A stretch of DNA of 62,962 bases, counting the filler, from Thraustochytrium aureum (lineage: Eukaryota), in the NCBI GenBank assembly GCA_012862495.1. It is 7 parts of 5 records of this genome, joined end to end, with 100 filler letters (N's around TTAATTAATTAA, not from the genome) between each part and the next. Parts side by side here need not be neighbours in the genome. Positions count along the whole stretch, not along the records: positions 43,518 to 49,208 come from BLSG01000163.1; positions 49,309 to 54,970 come from BLSG01000164.1; positions 55,071 to 61,550 come from BLSG01000164.1; 4 more parts are not named here. One strand, given 5' to 3'. The notes beneath the pieces were generated by a model that was not told where the DNA came from, did not search any database, and saw nothing but the letters and a program-made list of their open reading frames with translations. A program made the position numbers and the translations under genes. Position 1 is the first letter of the stretch. Every line of letters begins with the position of its first letter. This document shows positions 45,983 to 56,168 of this stretch, piece after piece.

Positions 45983-47596
45983 CTAGGTGCTGCCCGGCAA
46001 AAGCGAGTACTCCGCCACTCGGAGGAGGCCGCGACTACGCGTGTGGGCACGCGTGTAAACGACGAGGCCGGCGACGCAGAGCAAGTCAAACACAAAGCCG
46101 ACAAAGCCGACAGCGGCAAAGAATGCGGCAAAGTCCTTCTGAAAGAGCCCATCCAAAACATAGCCTGCGCCCACTCCCACGACAATCTGCGCCGCTGGCA
46201 TAGCCGCAGAGATAACCGACACAACCCAAGCGTTGGCCTGCTCGCCTGGCCCTCCACCAGAGAGGTTGACCTCACTGTCGTCCTCGTCGTCGTCGCTGTC
46301 CTTGTCGTCACGACCCGCGTGCAATATCAGAAACGGGTTGTTGACGTGCACTACGTAAAACAGACCCGTAAGCCCGCACACGGCAACCGTGCCGAGCCCG
46401 TCGCCCGTCACAGCGACGAGCATGAGCGCGCACATGAGGACGAGCTCGGCCAAAAAGTATGTGACGAGCGGGCCGAGGGAGGCGTTGATGCGGCGCAGCA
46501 TAAAGCTGGCGCCGCACGCGACGAGTGCGCCCGTCGTGAGGCCCAAGTAGGCGATTCGGATACGCACCCCCTGGAAGTAGATGCTCGAGCCGTGCAGAAA
46601 GGCCGTCCAGTAGAATACCTGCACCATGTTGGCCACCCACCCGTAAAAGTGCACGGCCATCATCGCGCCAAACAGCGCCCGCCGCCGTGCCGTCTGCCGC
46701 ACGAGCGCGCTCGCGTGCGACAAGCTACTTGGGTGCCGCGGGAGCGCCACCACAATCGGCGTCAGCACGCTCGAGTCGCTCGTCGACGCGTACCCATCGC
46801 GAGAGCCCGGCGGCAGCAGAGGCAACCGCTCGTCCCGCTCGCTGGGCGGCACCGCCTCCACGCTCGAGCGCGGACTCGGGCGGGTCCAGCCGTCACCCAG
46901 CTGGTTGTCGTCCTCGCCGTCCCGCGTCTCCGCCGGCGTGCCAACGAGGACAGCAGTGGTCGTCCCAACGAGTACCACGATCGCGAGGGCCGCCAGCGCC
47001 ATCATGTGTACCACGGGCAGGCTGTCCTCGGGAAGCGGGTCGATGACGGGCTGCGGCAGCACGAGCTCGCCGATCGAAAAAATCCCAATCGCGAGCGCCA
47101 GCAAGCGTCCTAGCACTTGCAACTTGCTGAAGGCCGCGTTCTGCTTGTTGCGCTCGTCCGTCGAGCGCCGGCAACTGTCCTGCACCATGGCGCGCGCCGG
47201 CACCAGCAGGCAGTCGTGGCTAATGTCGCTCACCGTAAACCCGGTCAGCGCCACGGCGGTCACCACACGGTCGCCCCCCTGGAGCACAAAGGCGCCTATC
47301 TCGTACGAAAACATCAGGACAACCAGGCCGAGCGTCCCCGTTGTGGCCAGCACGGCCAGAAACGGCTTGCGTTTCCCAACGCGGTCCGACCAGGCCCCGA
47401 TCCACGGTTGAAGGAACAGCCCAAACAGGGGATTCAACAGATACGAGACGCCTGCGAACTTGAGCGGCACGCCAAGCCACAGCAGGTATGGGATGATTAC
47501 AGCCTCTTGCACAGCCCATGTAAACTCCACCGCGAGGCCAATAAGTCCTGGCGCCGCCCACCATGGCGCCGGGCTTGCAATTCTGGCGTCGCCCAT
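45983..47596 (-). CDS. SLC45/sucrose-H+ symporter family MFS transporter
   Basis: GLAVEFTWAVQEA, P.L..LG, NPLFGLFLQPWIGAWSDR..KRKPF, D....PARAMVQD and about 12 hydrophobic helices. Confidence 0.9.
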   Translation of the reverse strand: MGDARIASPAPWWAAPGLIGLAVEFTWAVQEAVIIPYLLWLGVPLKFAGVSYLLNPLFGLFLQPWIGAWSDRVGKRKPFLAVLATTGTLGLVVLMFSYEIGAFVLQGGDRVVTAVALTGFTVSDISHDCLLVPARAMVQDSCRRSTDERNKQNAAFSKLQVLGRLLALAIGIFSIGELVLPQPVIDPLPEDSLPVVHMMALAALAIVVLVGTTTAVLVGTPAETRDGEDDNQLGDGWTRPSPRSSVEAVPPSERDERLPLLPPGSRDGYASTSDSSVLTPIVVALPRHPSSLSHASALVRQTARRRALFGAMMAVHFYGWVANMVQVFYWTAFLHGSSIYFQGVRIRIAYLGLTTGALVACGASFMLRRINASLGPLVTYFLAELVLMCALMLVAVTGDGLGTVAVCGLTGLFYVVHVNNPFLILHAGRDDKDSDDDEDDSEVNLSGGGPGEQANAWVVSVISAAMPAAQIVVGVGAGYVLDGLFQKDFAAFFAAVGFVGFVFDLLCVAGLVVYTRAHTRSRGLLRVAEYSLLPGST

Positions 47597-47729
47597 CCGC
47601 GTCTGTCGCTCTCGGCGCGAGCCTCGTTCGCGGTCCCACGAGGCGAGCCGGTTACAAGCGCAAGCACGTTGTTGCGCCCCTCAGCTCAGCTCACTCTCTT
47701 GCGCTTGCGTTGTGGACTTGGGTTGCGCC

Positions 47730-48062
47730 ATGAAACAGTACTCGCTGGCGCAGCCTCTTGTCGCCGAGCGACCTGCGGCACCGTGCGATGCCCTGAAACT
47801 GGATTGCGAAGCGGACATCCGTCTGCTGCGGAGTTGGGTCTTCGAGGAGTGCGCACTTGGGGTAGAGTACAAAGAATCCCGAACAAGAACGAACCGGTTC
47901 ATGTTCCGTGTCGTGCAACTCGCCGCTCGTGCGGAGCTTCACGACTGCGAGCCTGATCATGCACTTACGAGTACTCCTCATGTTGACTCGTACATCCAGT
48001 ACAGGTCCTCGAGGACTCTTCGTGTCATGCCCGACTCAGCGCGCGCTGTCCACGAGCCATAA
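47730..48062 (+). CDS. Hypothetical 110-aa protein divergent from the SLC45 gene
   Basis: ATG in a gccATG context and protein-like composition; no recognisable motif. Confidence 0.3.
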   Translation: MKQYSLAQPLVAERPAAPCDALKLDCEADIRLLRSWVFEECALGVEYKESRTRTNRFMFRVVQLAARAELHDCEPDHALTSTPHVDSYIQYRSSRTLRVMPDSARAVHEP

Positions 48063-49208
48063 CTGTGCGGGCTGGCCTGAGCAAACGCTGAACACGACAC
48101 GGTGGCTTGGCCACGCAGCGCCCAGCGCACACCGCCATCCTCTCTACTACACTAGTACAAGAGGGAGAGAGTCCNNNNNNNNNNNNNNNNNNNNNNNNNN
48201 NNNNNNNNNNNNNNNNNNNNNNNNNNNNNNNNNNNNNNNNNNNNNNNNNNNNNNNNNNNNNNNNNNNNNNNNNNNNNNNNNNNNNNNNNNNNNNNNNNNN
48301 NNNNNNNNNNNNNNNNNNNNNNNNNNNNNNNNNNNNNNNNNNNNNNNNNNNNNNNNNNNNNNNNNNNNNNNNNNNNNNNNNNNNNNNNNNNNNNNNNNNN
48401 NNNNNNNNNNNNNNNNNNNNNNNNNNNNNNNNNNNNNNNNNNNNNNNNNNNNNNNNNNNNNNNNNNNNNNNNNNNNNNNNNNNNTTCTTGCACGGCCTAG
48501 GACTGTCCAGCCGAGCTGGCGTCCCACATCAGCCCAATTGCTTTTGAAGTGAAAGTGATGGGTGGCGCGCCGAGGCACGAACGAGCTGCAGAGTTCCAGA
48601 CGAGGCCCTTGACGAGGGCATCGCCCCGCCCTGCTCTGCTGTTCGCAACGGAAACGAACGCATTGACTGAGACGCTGACGAGAATGGCATTTTCCAGCGG
48701 AAAAAAAGGGCCTTTGCAAGTTGAGCTGGCACTCAAGCCGTTGATCGTGCTGCCAAGGCACTCTTCCCAGTCAACCCATCGTTCAAGGATGCCTCGATGA
48801 TGCAGAGACATGGCGCCTTGAGCTGGACCAAGATCACCTGGGCAACAGAACGAAACCGAAACCCAGGCAAGAAAAACAAACCGAAACACGCAGACGTTGC
48901 AAGCAGACAACAAGCACTGGCAGCAACTGGCAGCAATCCACCAAAAAAAGATGAACTACGAGCAGGCAGAACCAAGAGCGCCGCCGTCTTGCTGCGCCAC
49001 GGCAAGCGCTCGTTGGAGAGGACACAGGTCTCTAAAAGGTGGTTTTATTCTGACTGAGGGCGTCCTGTCGTCGTGCCGCTCTGCTTTGGAAGCCAATTGA
49101 GAATCAAGGCACCCAGATGACACAAGACTTGACGGTTGCGGTGTTGACATGAGACGTCCGTGACAAACTTGATGATGATCACATGTGCGGATCAAGGTAG
49201 TTCGCTTG

Positions 49209-49308
49209 NNNNNNNNNNNNNNNNNNNNNNNNNNNNNNNNNNNNNNNNNNNNTTAATTAATTAANNNNNNNNNNNNNNNNNNNNNNNNNNNNNNNNNNNN
49301 NNNNNNNN
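49209..49308. other. Artificial scaffold linker
   Basis: N44-TTAATTAATTAA-N44. Confidence 0.97.
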
Positions 49309-49310
49309 CG

Positions 49311-50655
49311 GAGACCAAGCGGTACAGCGCCGGTCGGGCCGTGGCGGCTGGCGTGGCGATGGCCGGCGTGGCTGGCGCGGCCGTGTGGGGCAGCGGGCTG
49401 GGCCAAGTGAGGGAGGCCCCGGCGGCGTGCGAAGCCGACAGCGGGCGGGCTGCCAACGCGCCGCTCGTGGAGGACGAGGAGGTGGACGGCGTGCAGTACT
49501 ACACCCCCCCGGCCGAGGGCTCCAAGATGAAGATCTTTAGCGGGAACGGCAACTGGTACTTGGCAAACGAGATCTCGATGCACCTGGGCACGCAGCTGGG
49601 CCGGGCCACTGTCAAGCGGTTCCCGGACGGGGAGGTCTCGGTCAACATCCACGACAACGTTCGTGGCAAGGACGTCTTTGTGATCCAGCCGCTCTCGCCG
49701 CCCGTCAACGAAAACCTCATGGAGCTCCTTCTCATGGTGACCACGCTGCGGCGCAGCTCGGCCCGCCGCATCACGGCGGTCATCCCGTACTACGGCTACT
49801 GCCGCGCGACCAAGAAGCAAGGGAAAGAGGAGCGCACTCCGATCGCGGCCGCCGACGTCGCCGCCATGCTCCAGGTCGCAGGTGTGGACCGCGTCATCGC
49901 GGTCGACTTGCACCACGCGCAAATCCAGGGCTTTTTCGGGCCGGGCACGCCAGTAGACAACCTGGACGTGTCAAGCCTGGCCATTCCGTACTTTGCCACA
50001 AAGTTTCTCAAGAACCCCGTCGTTGTCTCCCCAGACGCCAACGGCGCGGCACGTGCCAAGATCTTTCGGGACAAGCTCATCCGCCACAAGATCGATGCCA
50101 ACCTGGCGCTTATCGTGGACCACAAGGCCCTGCCGCGCGGCTGGGAGGCGGCACGGGCCGCTGGAAGCAAGAGCCCCGCCGCAGCCGCGAAGGCCACGGC
50201 GCCGCCGCCGCTCGCCGAGACAGCCAACAGCGCTGCCGTCGCGGCCGCCGCTGTGGCAGCCGCCAAAGTTAGCAAGAAGAAATTGGTGGTCTCAGATTGG
50301 ACAGAGGAAGACCTCGTCGGCATGGACCTCGTCGGCGACGTGAAGGGCTGCGACTGCATCATTTTTGACGACATCGTCGACACCGGCGGCCGCATCACGC
50401 GCGCCGCCAAGAAGCTCAAGCTCGCTGGCGCGCGCCGCGTCTTTGCCTTTGCCACGCACGGCCTCTTTCTTGGCAACGCGTACGAACGGATTGAAAAGGC
50501 CGAAGGCCTGATCGAAGTTGTGTGCGTCAACACGGTGCCGCTTGCCACGTCCAACGTGGGCGGGGTCAACAGCTGGGTGTTTTCGAACAAGGTCCATCAG
50601 CTCAGTGTGGCGGCGCTCTTGGCTGAGGCAATCCGTCGCATCCACAAGAAAAAAT
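49311..50655 (+). CDS. Ribose-phosphate pyrophosphokinase (PRPS)-like protein with N-terminal extension and catalytic-loop insertion; both ends probably partial
   Basis: KIFSG, RFPDGE, VRGKDVFVIQ, NENLMELL, ITAVIPYYGY, DLH..QIQGFF, VSPDANG, LVGDV, DDIVDTGG, ATHGLF, LLAEAIRRIH. Confidence 0.95.
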
Positions 50656-50925
50656 NNNNNNNNNNNNNNNNNNNNNNNNNNNNNNNNNNNNNNNNNNNNN
50701 NNNNNNNNNNNNNNNNNNNNNNNNNNNNNNNNNNNNNNNNNNNNNNNNNNNNNNNNNNNNNNNNNNNNNNNNNNNNNNNNNNNNNNNNNNNNNNNNNNNN
50801 NNNNNNNNNNNNNNNNNNNNNNNNNNNNNNNNNNNNNNNNNNNNNNNNNNNNNNNNNNNNNNNNNNNNNNNNNNNNNNNNCGGGCAATGGAATTGCGAGC
50901 GAACTGGGTCGCGCAAGTGGAGCAA

Positions 50926-51307
50926 AGCGCTTGGGCCGGAGCTTCGTGTGTTTCGTGTCGTCTCGTTTGGCCTTGTCTCGCTTGGCCTTGTCTCGCTTGG
51001 CGTCGTTCCAGGACGCAAGGGGTCGCGCCAAAGGCATAGCATACAGAAGAAGAACCTCGCCATTTCTCCGCAAAGAGCTTTAGAGTTAGCTGCTTGGGGC
51101 AGACCTTGCTACCTCGGCAGCGCGTCCTTGGCGGGCACGAGCGAAGCGCTTGGGCCGGATTGGCGTCGTTCCAGGACGCAAGGGGCGGCGCCAAAGCCAG
51201 AGCACACAGAAAGAACCTCGCCATTTCTCCGCAAAGAGCTTTAGAGCTAGCTAGCTTGGGGCAGACCTTGCTACCTCGGCAGCGCGTCCTTGGCGGGCAC
51301 GAGCGAG
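50926..51307 (+). repeat. Tandem duplication of about 160 bp; the first copy carries an internal 15-bp repeat expansion
   Basis: agcgcttgggccgga...ttggcgtcgttccaggacgcaagggg...aagaacctcgccatttctccgcaaagagctttagag...cagaccttgctacctcggcagcgcgtccttggcgggcacgagcga occurs twice (about 50926-51144 and 51145-51307). Confidence 0.9.
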
Positions 51308-51690
51308 CTTTTCCGGATGCGATAGCAACCGTCAGAGCCGTCCGGGACGTCGCGCGAGAGGGACTGCTTTCCCATGGCGTGCTCGAACTGCTTCAAGACA
51401 TCCGACTCAACGCGCGGAAAGTGCTTTCTGGACGGCACCGCGTCGCGCTCGGGCTCCCCATCCTCTACGCGGAGACTGCTCCGCCTAAACTGCGCTCTTG
51501 GCGAGGGGACGTCCTTCAAGCTCATAAAGCAAACTTTTTCGAGCTGCTCTGCCGCTTCACGCAGACGCGCCCCTTGCTCGTGTTCGTCGCGGACCATTCG
51601 CTCCAACATTTTCACCTGGCACCGCATGCCTTGGCGGCGGCGAAGCTTGTCCCGCCTGGGCTCAGCCCGCCGCGCCCCGCTTGGTAGCAT
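51271..51690 (-). CDS. Hypothetical 139-aa protein
   Basis: Open frame with a charged helical segment (MLERMVRDEHEQGARLREAAEQLEK); no family recognised. Confidence 0.45.
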   Translation of the reverse strand: MLPSGARRAEPRRDKLRRRQGMRCQVKMLERMVRDEHEQGARLREAAEQLEKVCFMSLKDVPSPRAQFRRSSLRVEDGEPERDAVPSRKHFPRVESDVLKQFEHAMGKQSLSRDVPDGSDGCYRIRKSSLVPAKDALPR

Positions 51691-52587
51691 GGCGCCGCCG
51701 CGGCCTGCCCGCCGATGCGGCACTGCCCAAGCCGCGCAAGCCACGGTCGCCTAACGGAACAATTCAAGTGACCACCACTTGCGCGAGAACGACTGCACGA
51801 GCGACGCTGGGCTGCGCCGCACCGGCGCTGTTGATCGAGACCACTTGCTTTCAGCGTCTCTCTAGTACTCGGTGAGGGCCAAGCAGGGGTTCTGGTGGCA
51901 TCCCTGGGCAAAACGAGCGTCTTCTCGGCTGGTGCGCAAGTGGAATCCTGTTGGCTGCTGCTGCGCGCTCAGACGCCAACGAGAGACCTGCTCTGGGGCT
52001 TTGGGACGAGGAATACGGAGCTGTCGCCAGCCGCGCGTCCTCCGCTCCTTGGTCGCATTCCTTGCTCTCTGAAGACTCGGGCATGGCATCGATCTGACGA
52101 GGTCACGTTGGGCTTGCCCCCGGCCACAACGAGCGTTTGCGTCGCGGCCACAAGATCCACCACGAACGTACCCAGAGCAAGTGCCTACTGCACGCAGCAG
52201 AGGGTTCTCTCGCAAAGTACTGCACGCACTGGCAGAGTACTGCACGCAGAGCGGTCGCAAGCCCAAACCAAACCTCCTCCTCCCCACGCGCGCGAGCGCC
52301 GAGATTTGTGCCCATTCGCAGCCCCACGCGCGTCGCTCCCACAGGCAGGCGCCGCGCTAGGATCCAAGCAAGGAGGACCCGTGCGCAGCGTGAATGGAGC
52401 GGCCGGGACGAAGTGCGAAACAGCAGAGCGGGGGGGTTGTTTGTGGCCTTTCCGGTCTCGTTGGATGGATTGTGCAAAATTGCCACGAGTCCCGAAAATG
52501 CTTCGAGTGGCCGCCAATCGCCAATCGCCAAGTGGCACACGAAGACAACGCCGGAGTCGACACCCAAGCGGCTGGCGAGCGGGCGCG

Positions 52588-54522
52588 ATGAAGGGCCTCG
52601 GAAAGCTGGCGTGGCTGGCCGCGGTCGGGGCGGCTAGCGCAATGCCAGCCAACATGAAACCCTTCCAAGTCGACCTGGGAGCAGGCTGCCCGCCCGAAAC
52701 GCTCGCCCGAGCGGGAGACGCAGCCAACAGCTGGTGGGTCGACAGCAGAGGCGTAACATACTGTGGCGATGGCACGACGTTTTTCTACGTCTCTGCGGAT
52801 GGCGAGTGCTCGGACGAGCGCCTCGCGTGCGCAAGCCTCGAGGCAGCGGGCCGAAGGCCGCGAAACGTGGTGCCGCGGCCGCGCTACCAAGAGGCAGTCC
52901 CCGCTCCCAAAGGGCAGACGTTTTTCGAGAAGCTGCGATCAACGGGGCGCAGCGGCGCTGCACGCGCTGCGCCCACGGTGATCAGGAACTGCGTCGTGAT
53001 GATCCGCTTCAGTGACCACACAAGTGTCGTGCCCCCACTGTCCGCTTACGAGGAGCTCTTCAACGCCAAAAACGTTTACGGAAAACGCGCCCACGGGGTC
53101 AGTCAAGTACATTTTTGAGCAAAGCACGAACGGCAAGTTGGTGATCGAGAACGTGTTGAGCGGCTGGATCGACGTGCCCTTCACGCAGGCCGAGGCCTCG
53201 GGCGGCTGCAACGGGTTTTGCGCTGCCGCCAAGCTGCGCGAGGCGATCACGCTGGCGCTTACTCAGTTCGAGGCCACGATCGGCAAGGAGGCGTTTGCAG
53301 CGTTCGACAGCGACCTGGACGGCGCAGTGGACATCTTCACTGTGGTGCACTCGGGGATCGGTGCGGAGAACGTGCGCAGCACCAACCTCGCGCGGACTGG
53401 ATCTGGAGCCACGCGAGCGGCCTTGGCTTTGCTGCCCCGCTGAGCGGTCTGCGCTTCCCGCGCTACAACATCAACCCTGGCCGGTGGTACGACGAGGCGA
53501 CGTACCCGGACGCCGTGCTCATCGCGCACGTTGGGGTTTGCGCGCACGAGATGGCTCACTACCTAGGCCTGCCCGACTACTACGACACCGACAGGTCGAG
53601 CGAGGGCGCCGGCATGCACTGCCTGATGGCCAACGCCTGGGGGCCGGACTGGTCGCAGCAGTACCCCTCGTCCTTCTCGGCGCCGGCCAAGATGCAGATG
53701 GGCTGGCTCGAGACCGACGACCTCATGGCGCACGTCCCGGCCGACGTGCTCGCAGACCCCGCCAACAAGTCGTACACCGAGGTGCTGGAGCTCGACGCTG
53801 TGCAAAAGACCAACAAGGCCCTGAAGATCACGCTGACCGCCACCGAGTACCTCTTGATTGAAAATCGCGACAACTCGGCCATGGACGGCAAACGGCCTGG
53901 CGGGGTGCTCGTCTGGCACGTGGATGAGGCTCTCCTCGCGTCCAACCAGAACGACGTCAACACGCGCGAGTTCCGTGTGGACGCGCCGCAAACCTGGGTT
54001 CAGGAGCACTATGCAACGCGGCTGATCCAGCCCGACGGCAAATACGACCTGGAATCTGGCTACATTGACTGGCTCGGGGATAGCAGAATCGACAAGGGCG
54101 ACTATTTCGGCTGGGTCGATGGCGAGGAGCTCTCCGACAAGAACGTGCCTCTCCCGAACATCAACTCGTACTCGCTGCTCGGCAAGCCGTCAACCATCAG
54201 CCTGTCAGAGATCCGCCCCGCCGCGGGCCAGTCTATGCCAGCGGCCAAAATGACGCTGCGCTTTTCCTATGGCGGCGGCGAGCCTGCTGAGCCCGATGCA
54301 GTCGACCCGCCACCTACCCAACCCCAGAACGCCGAGGACGACGCATTCCCTGCTGGGGTCGTCGGAGGCGTCGTCGGGGGCGTTGTCGGTAGCGTGCTGC
54401 TCGCTGCCGCCTTCTTTCTCGCGATGCGCCCCAGCGCGGCGCCCACCGGAGGCTCCTTCGTGGGTGCCAAGGACTTGGAAGCAACGTCTCCGCAGCAGTC
54501 TGTGGCTCCTCCCACCTTTTAA
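52588..54522 (+). CDS. M6 family (immune inhibitor A-like) zinc metalloprotease with signal peptide and C-terminal TM helix; frameshifts near 53075 and 53390
   Basis: VVMIRFSDH, GSVKYIF..S.GKL, FDSDLDG.VD...VHSG.GAE, IWSH, CAHEMAHYLGLPDYYD, CLMANAW, SAPAKMQMGWL, EYLLIENR, GGVLVWHVDE; TM segment VVGGVVGGVVGSVLLAAAFFL. Confidence 0.92.
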
Positions 54523-54758
54523 AAAACGCAACCAAAGACAGCTAGAGCTCCCCACCCAACCCAACCTACAAAGCGCGCAACGAGCGCGTGCCGCTCGCGC
54601 CGCATCGGCCCCGCAGCCCTCGACCGTCCAACGACCACAAGCGCCTGCCGCCACTCGACCAACACAACCCCAAAAGCAACAGCGCCACGGCCCCAAAACG
54701 ACCAAAACGCCCCACGCGCCCGCAAAACAGCGCACTCCCCGCAATACATACAGAGGGG

Positions 54759-54963
54759 CACCCGCAGAACAGCCTCACGAAAAGCAGCGGGTCACCCGCA
54801 GAACAGCCTCACGAAAAGCAGAACAATCACCCGCAGAACAGCGCTCCCCGCAATACAACCCACCAGCAAAAACGTCAATAAAAACAGCGGGCCACCCCGC
54901 AGAACAAAAGCACCCGCAGAACAAAAGCGCCCGCAGAACAAAAGCACCCGCAGAACAAAAGCG
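54759..54963 (+). repeat. Degenerate minisatellite built on CACCCGCAGAACA(AAAG)
   Basis: At least seven ccgcagaaca cores near the scaffold end. Confidence 0.85.
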
Positions 54964-54970
54964 TCGCGCC

Positions 54971-55070
54971 NNNNNNNNNNNNNNNNNNNNNNNNNNNNNN
55001 NNNNNNNNNNNNNNTTAATTAATTAANNNNNNNNNNNNNNNNNNNNNNNNNNNNNNNNNNNNNNNNNNNN
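54971..55070. other. Artificial scaffold linker
   Basis: N44-TTAATTAATTAA-N44. Confidence 0.97.
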
Positions 55071-55445
55071 TTTTTGGGTTTTTTTTCATTCAAGGCAGCC
55101 TTTGAAAAACAGCGAAATGCTCAGGGCGTCGCTCGCTGCACATGGGCTCGGAATTCGCCCGCTCTTTGACGCCGGCGAGGGAGGGAGGGAGAGCGCTCCG
55201 CGCTGCACGGCATCGCATCGGTCCCGCAGGACGCCGCCGGCACGGCGAGGTGGTGGGCTGGTAGAGTTCCCACTACCTGTGGCAGCGCAGTCGACATGGC
55301 TGAGTACGACGGCTATTCTGCCTGCTGCCGTTGGTGCAGCACAGTCGACGACCGGGTCCCAGTGGACTCCTGGACCGCTCGCTCTGAGACGACTTGCCCA
55401 AAAATGAACTGCTCGACTGGTTCCACGCGCTGTCGGGCTCGGCCC

Positions 55446-56168
55446 TTATCGGAGGCCGCGAGGGGATATTGCCTTGCCCGGATCGGAGCCCCCGCCCCTG
55501 TTTGCGCCAAGGGCGCGATGCCCGTCTCGATCGCAATCTTCTCGTGCGAGTAGAGCGGCGCTGGCCGGCGCTCCCTCGGCCAAGTCTTCGCTGCCAAGCG
55601 GATCGACTGCGATCGCATCCCGGACCTGATGCGCCCGCCGCGTTTGGGTCAGCGTCTCCACGACGTGCATGCCAGCATCGTCGGTCGACGAAAACGGGAA
55701 AAGCGCGACGTTCATCAGCTTGACGTGCTGGAAGCTGAACGGGATGCCCACCACCGAAATGAACAGCACGAGCGCGAAGGCGAGGTGGACAGCAGCGAGC
55801 GCGACGCCAAGCGGTGCAAAGACGAGGTTGCCGACTAGCTGCGCCGCGCTCGCGCGCCGGTGCCTGCCGCCGAGGCATCGCGAGTGCACCGTTTTCCCGA
55901 ACGGCGCAAGCGCCAGCCTCGACAGCTTGAGCAGCTGCTCGCCGAACGGCGCAAGCACCGTCGTGCAAGCAAGCACCTTGCCGAGCACCATGTACACGAC
56001 TACGAACACAGCCCCGCCGCAGCCGAGCAGCCACACCACGTTGAGTACCGCCGCGACTGGTCCGCGCCGGTCCTCGAGCGTGTAGAGGCGCGTGGTTTCG
56101 ACCAGCTCGACATAGTCGTCGTCAGCCTCGCCGTCGCCGTCCACAACGACGGCCACCGGGGCGCGCAT
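55446..56168 (-). CDS. YccF (DUF307)-domain membrane protein
   Basis: Two tandem YccF repeats: LNVVWLL..GG...TTVLAPFGEQLLKL..LALAPFG and GNLVF...ISVVGIPFSFQHVKL..VALFPF. Confidence 0.85.
   Translation of the reverse strand: MRAPVAVVVDGDGEADDDYVELVETTRLYTLEDRRGPVAAVLNVVWLLGCGGAVFVVVYMVLGKVLACTTVLAPFGEQLLKLSRLALAPFGKTVHSRCLGGRHRRASAAQLVGNLVFAPLGVALAAVHLAFALVLFISVVGIPFSFQHVKLMNVALFPFSSTDDAGMHVVETLTQTRRAHQVRDAIAVDPLGSEDLAEGAPASAALLAREDCDRDGHRALGANRGGGSDPGKAISPRGLR

Noticed and set aside
54759..54963. Repeat arrays here and at 11481-11910, 21387-21554 and 59221-59309 as CRISPR arrays
   Set aside because: No unique spacers of constant length, no cas genes, and a eukaryotic context.
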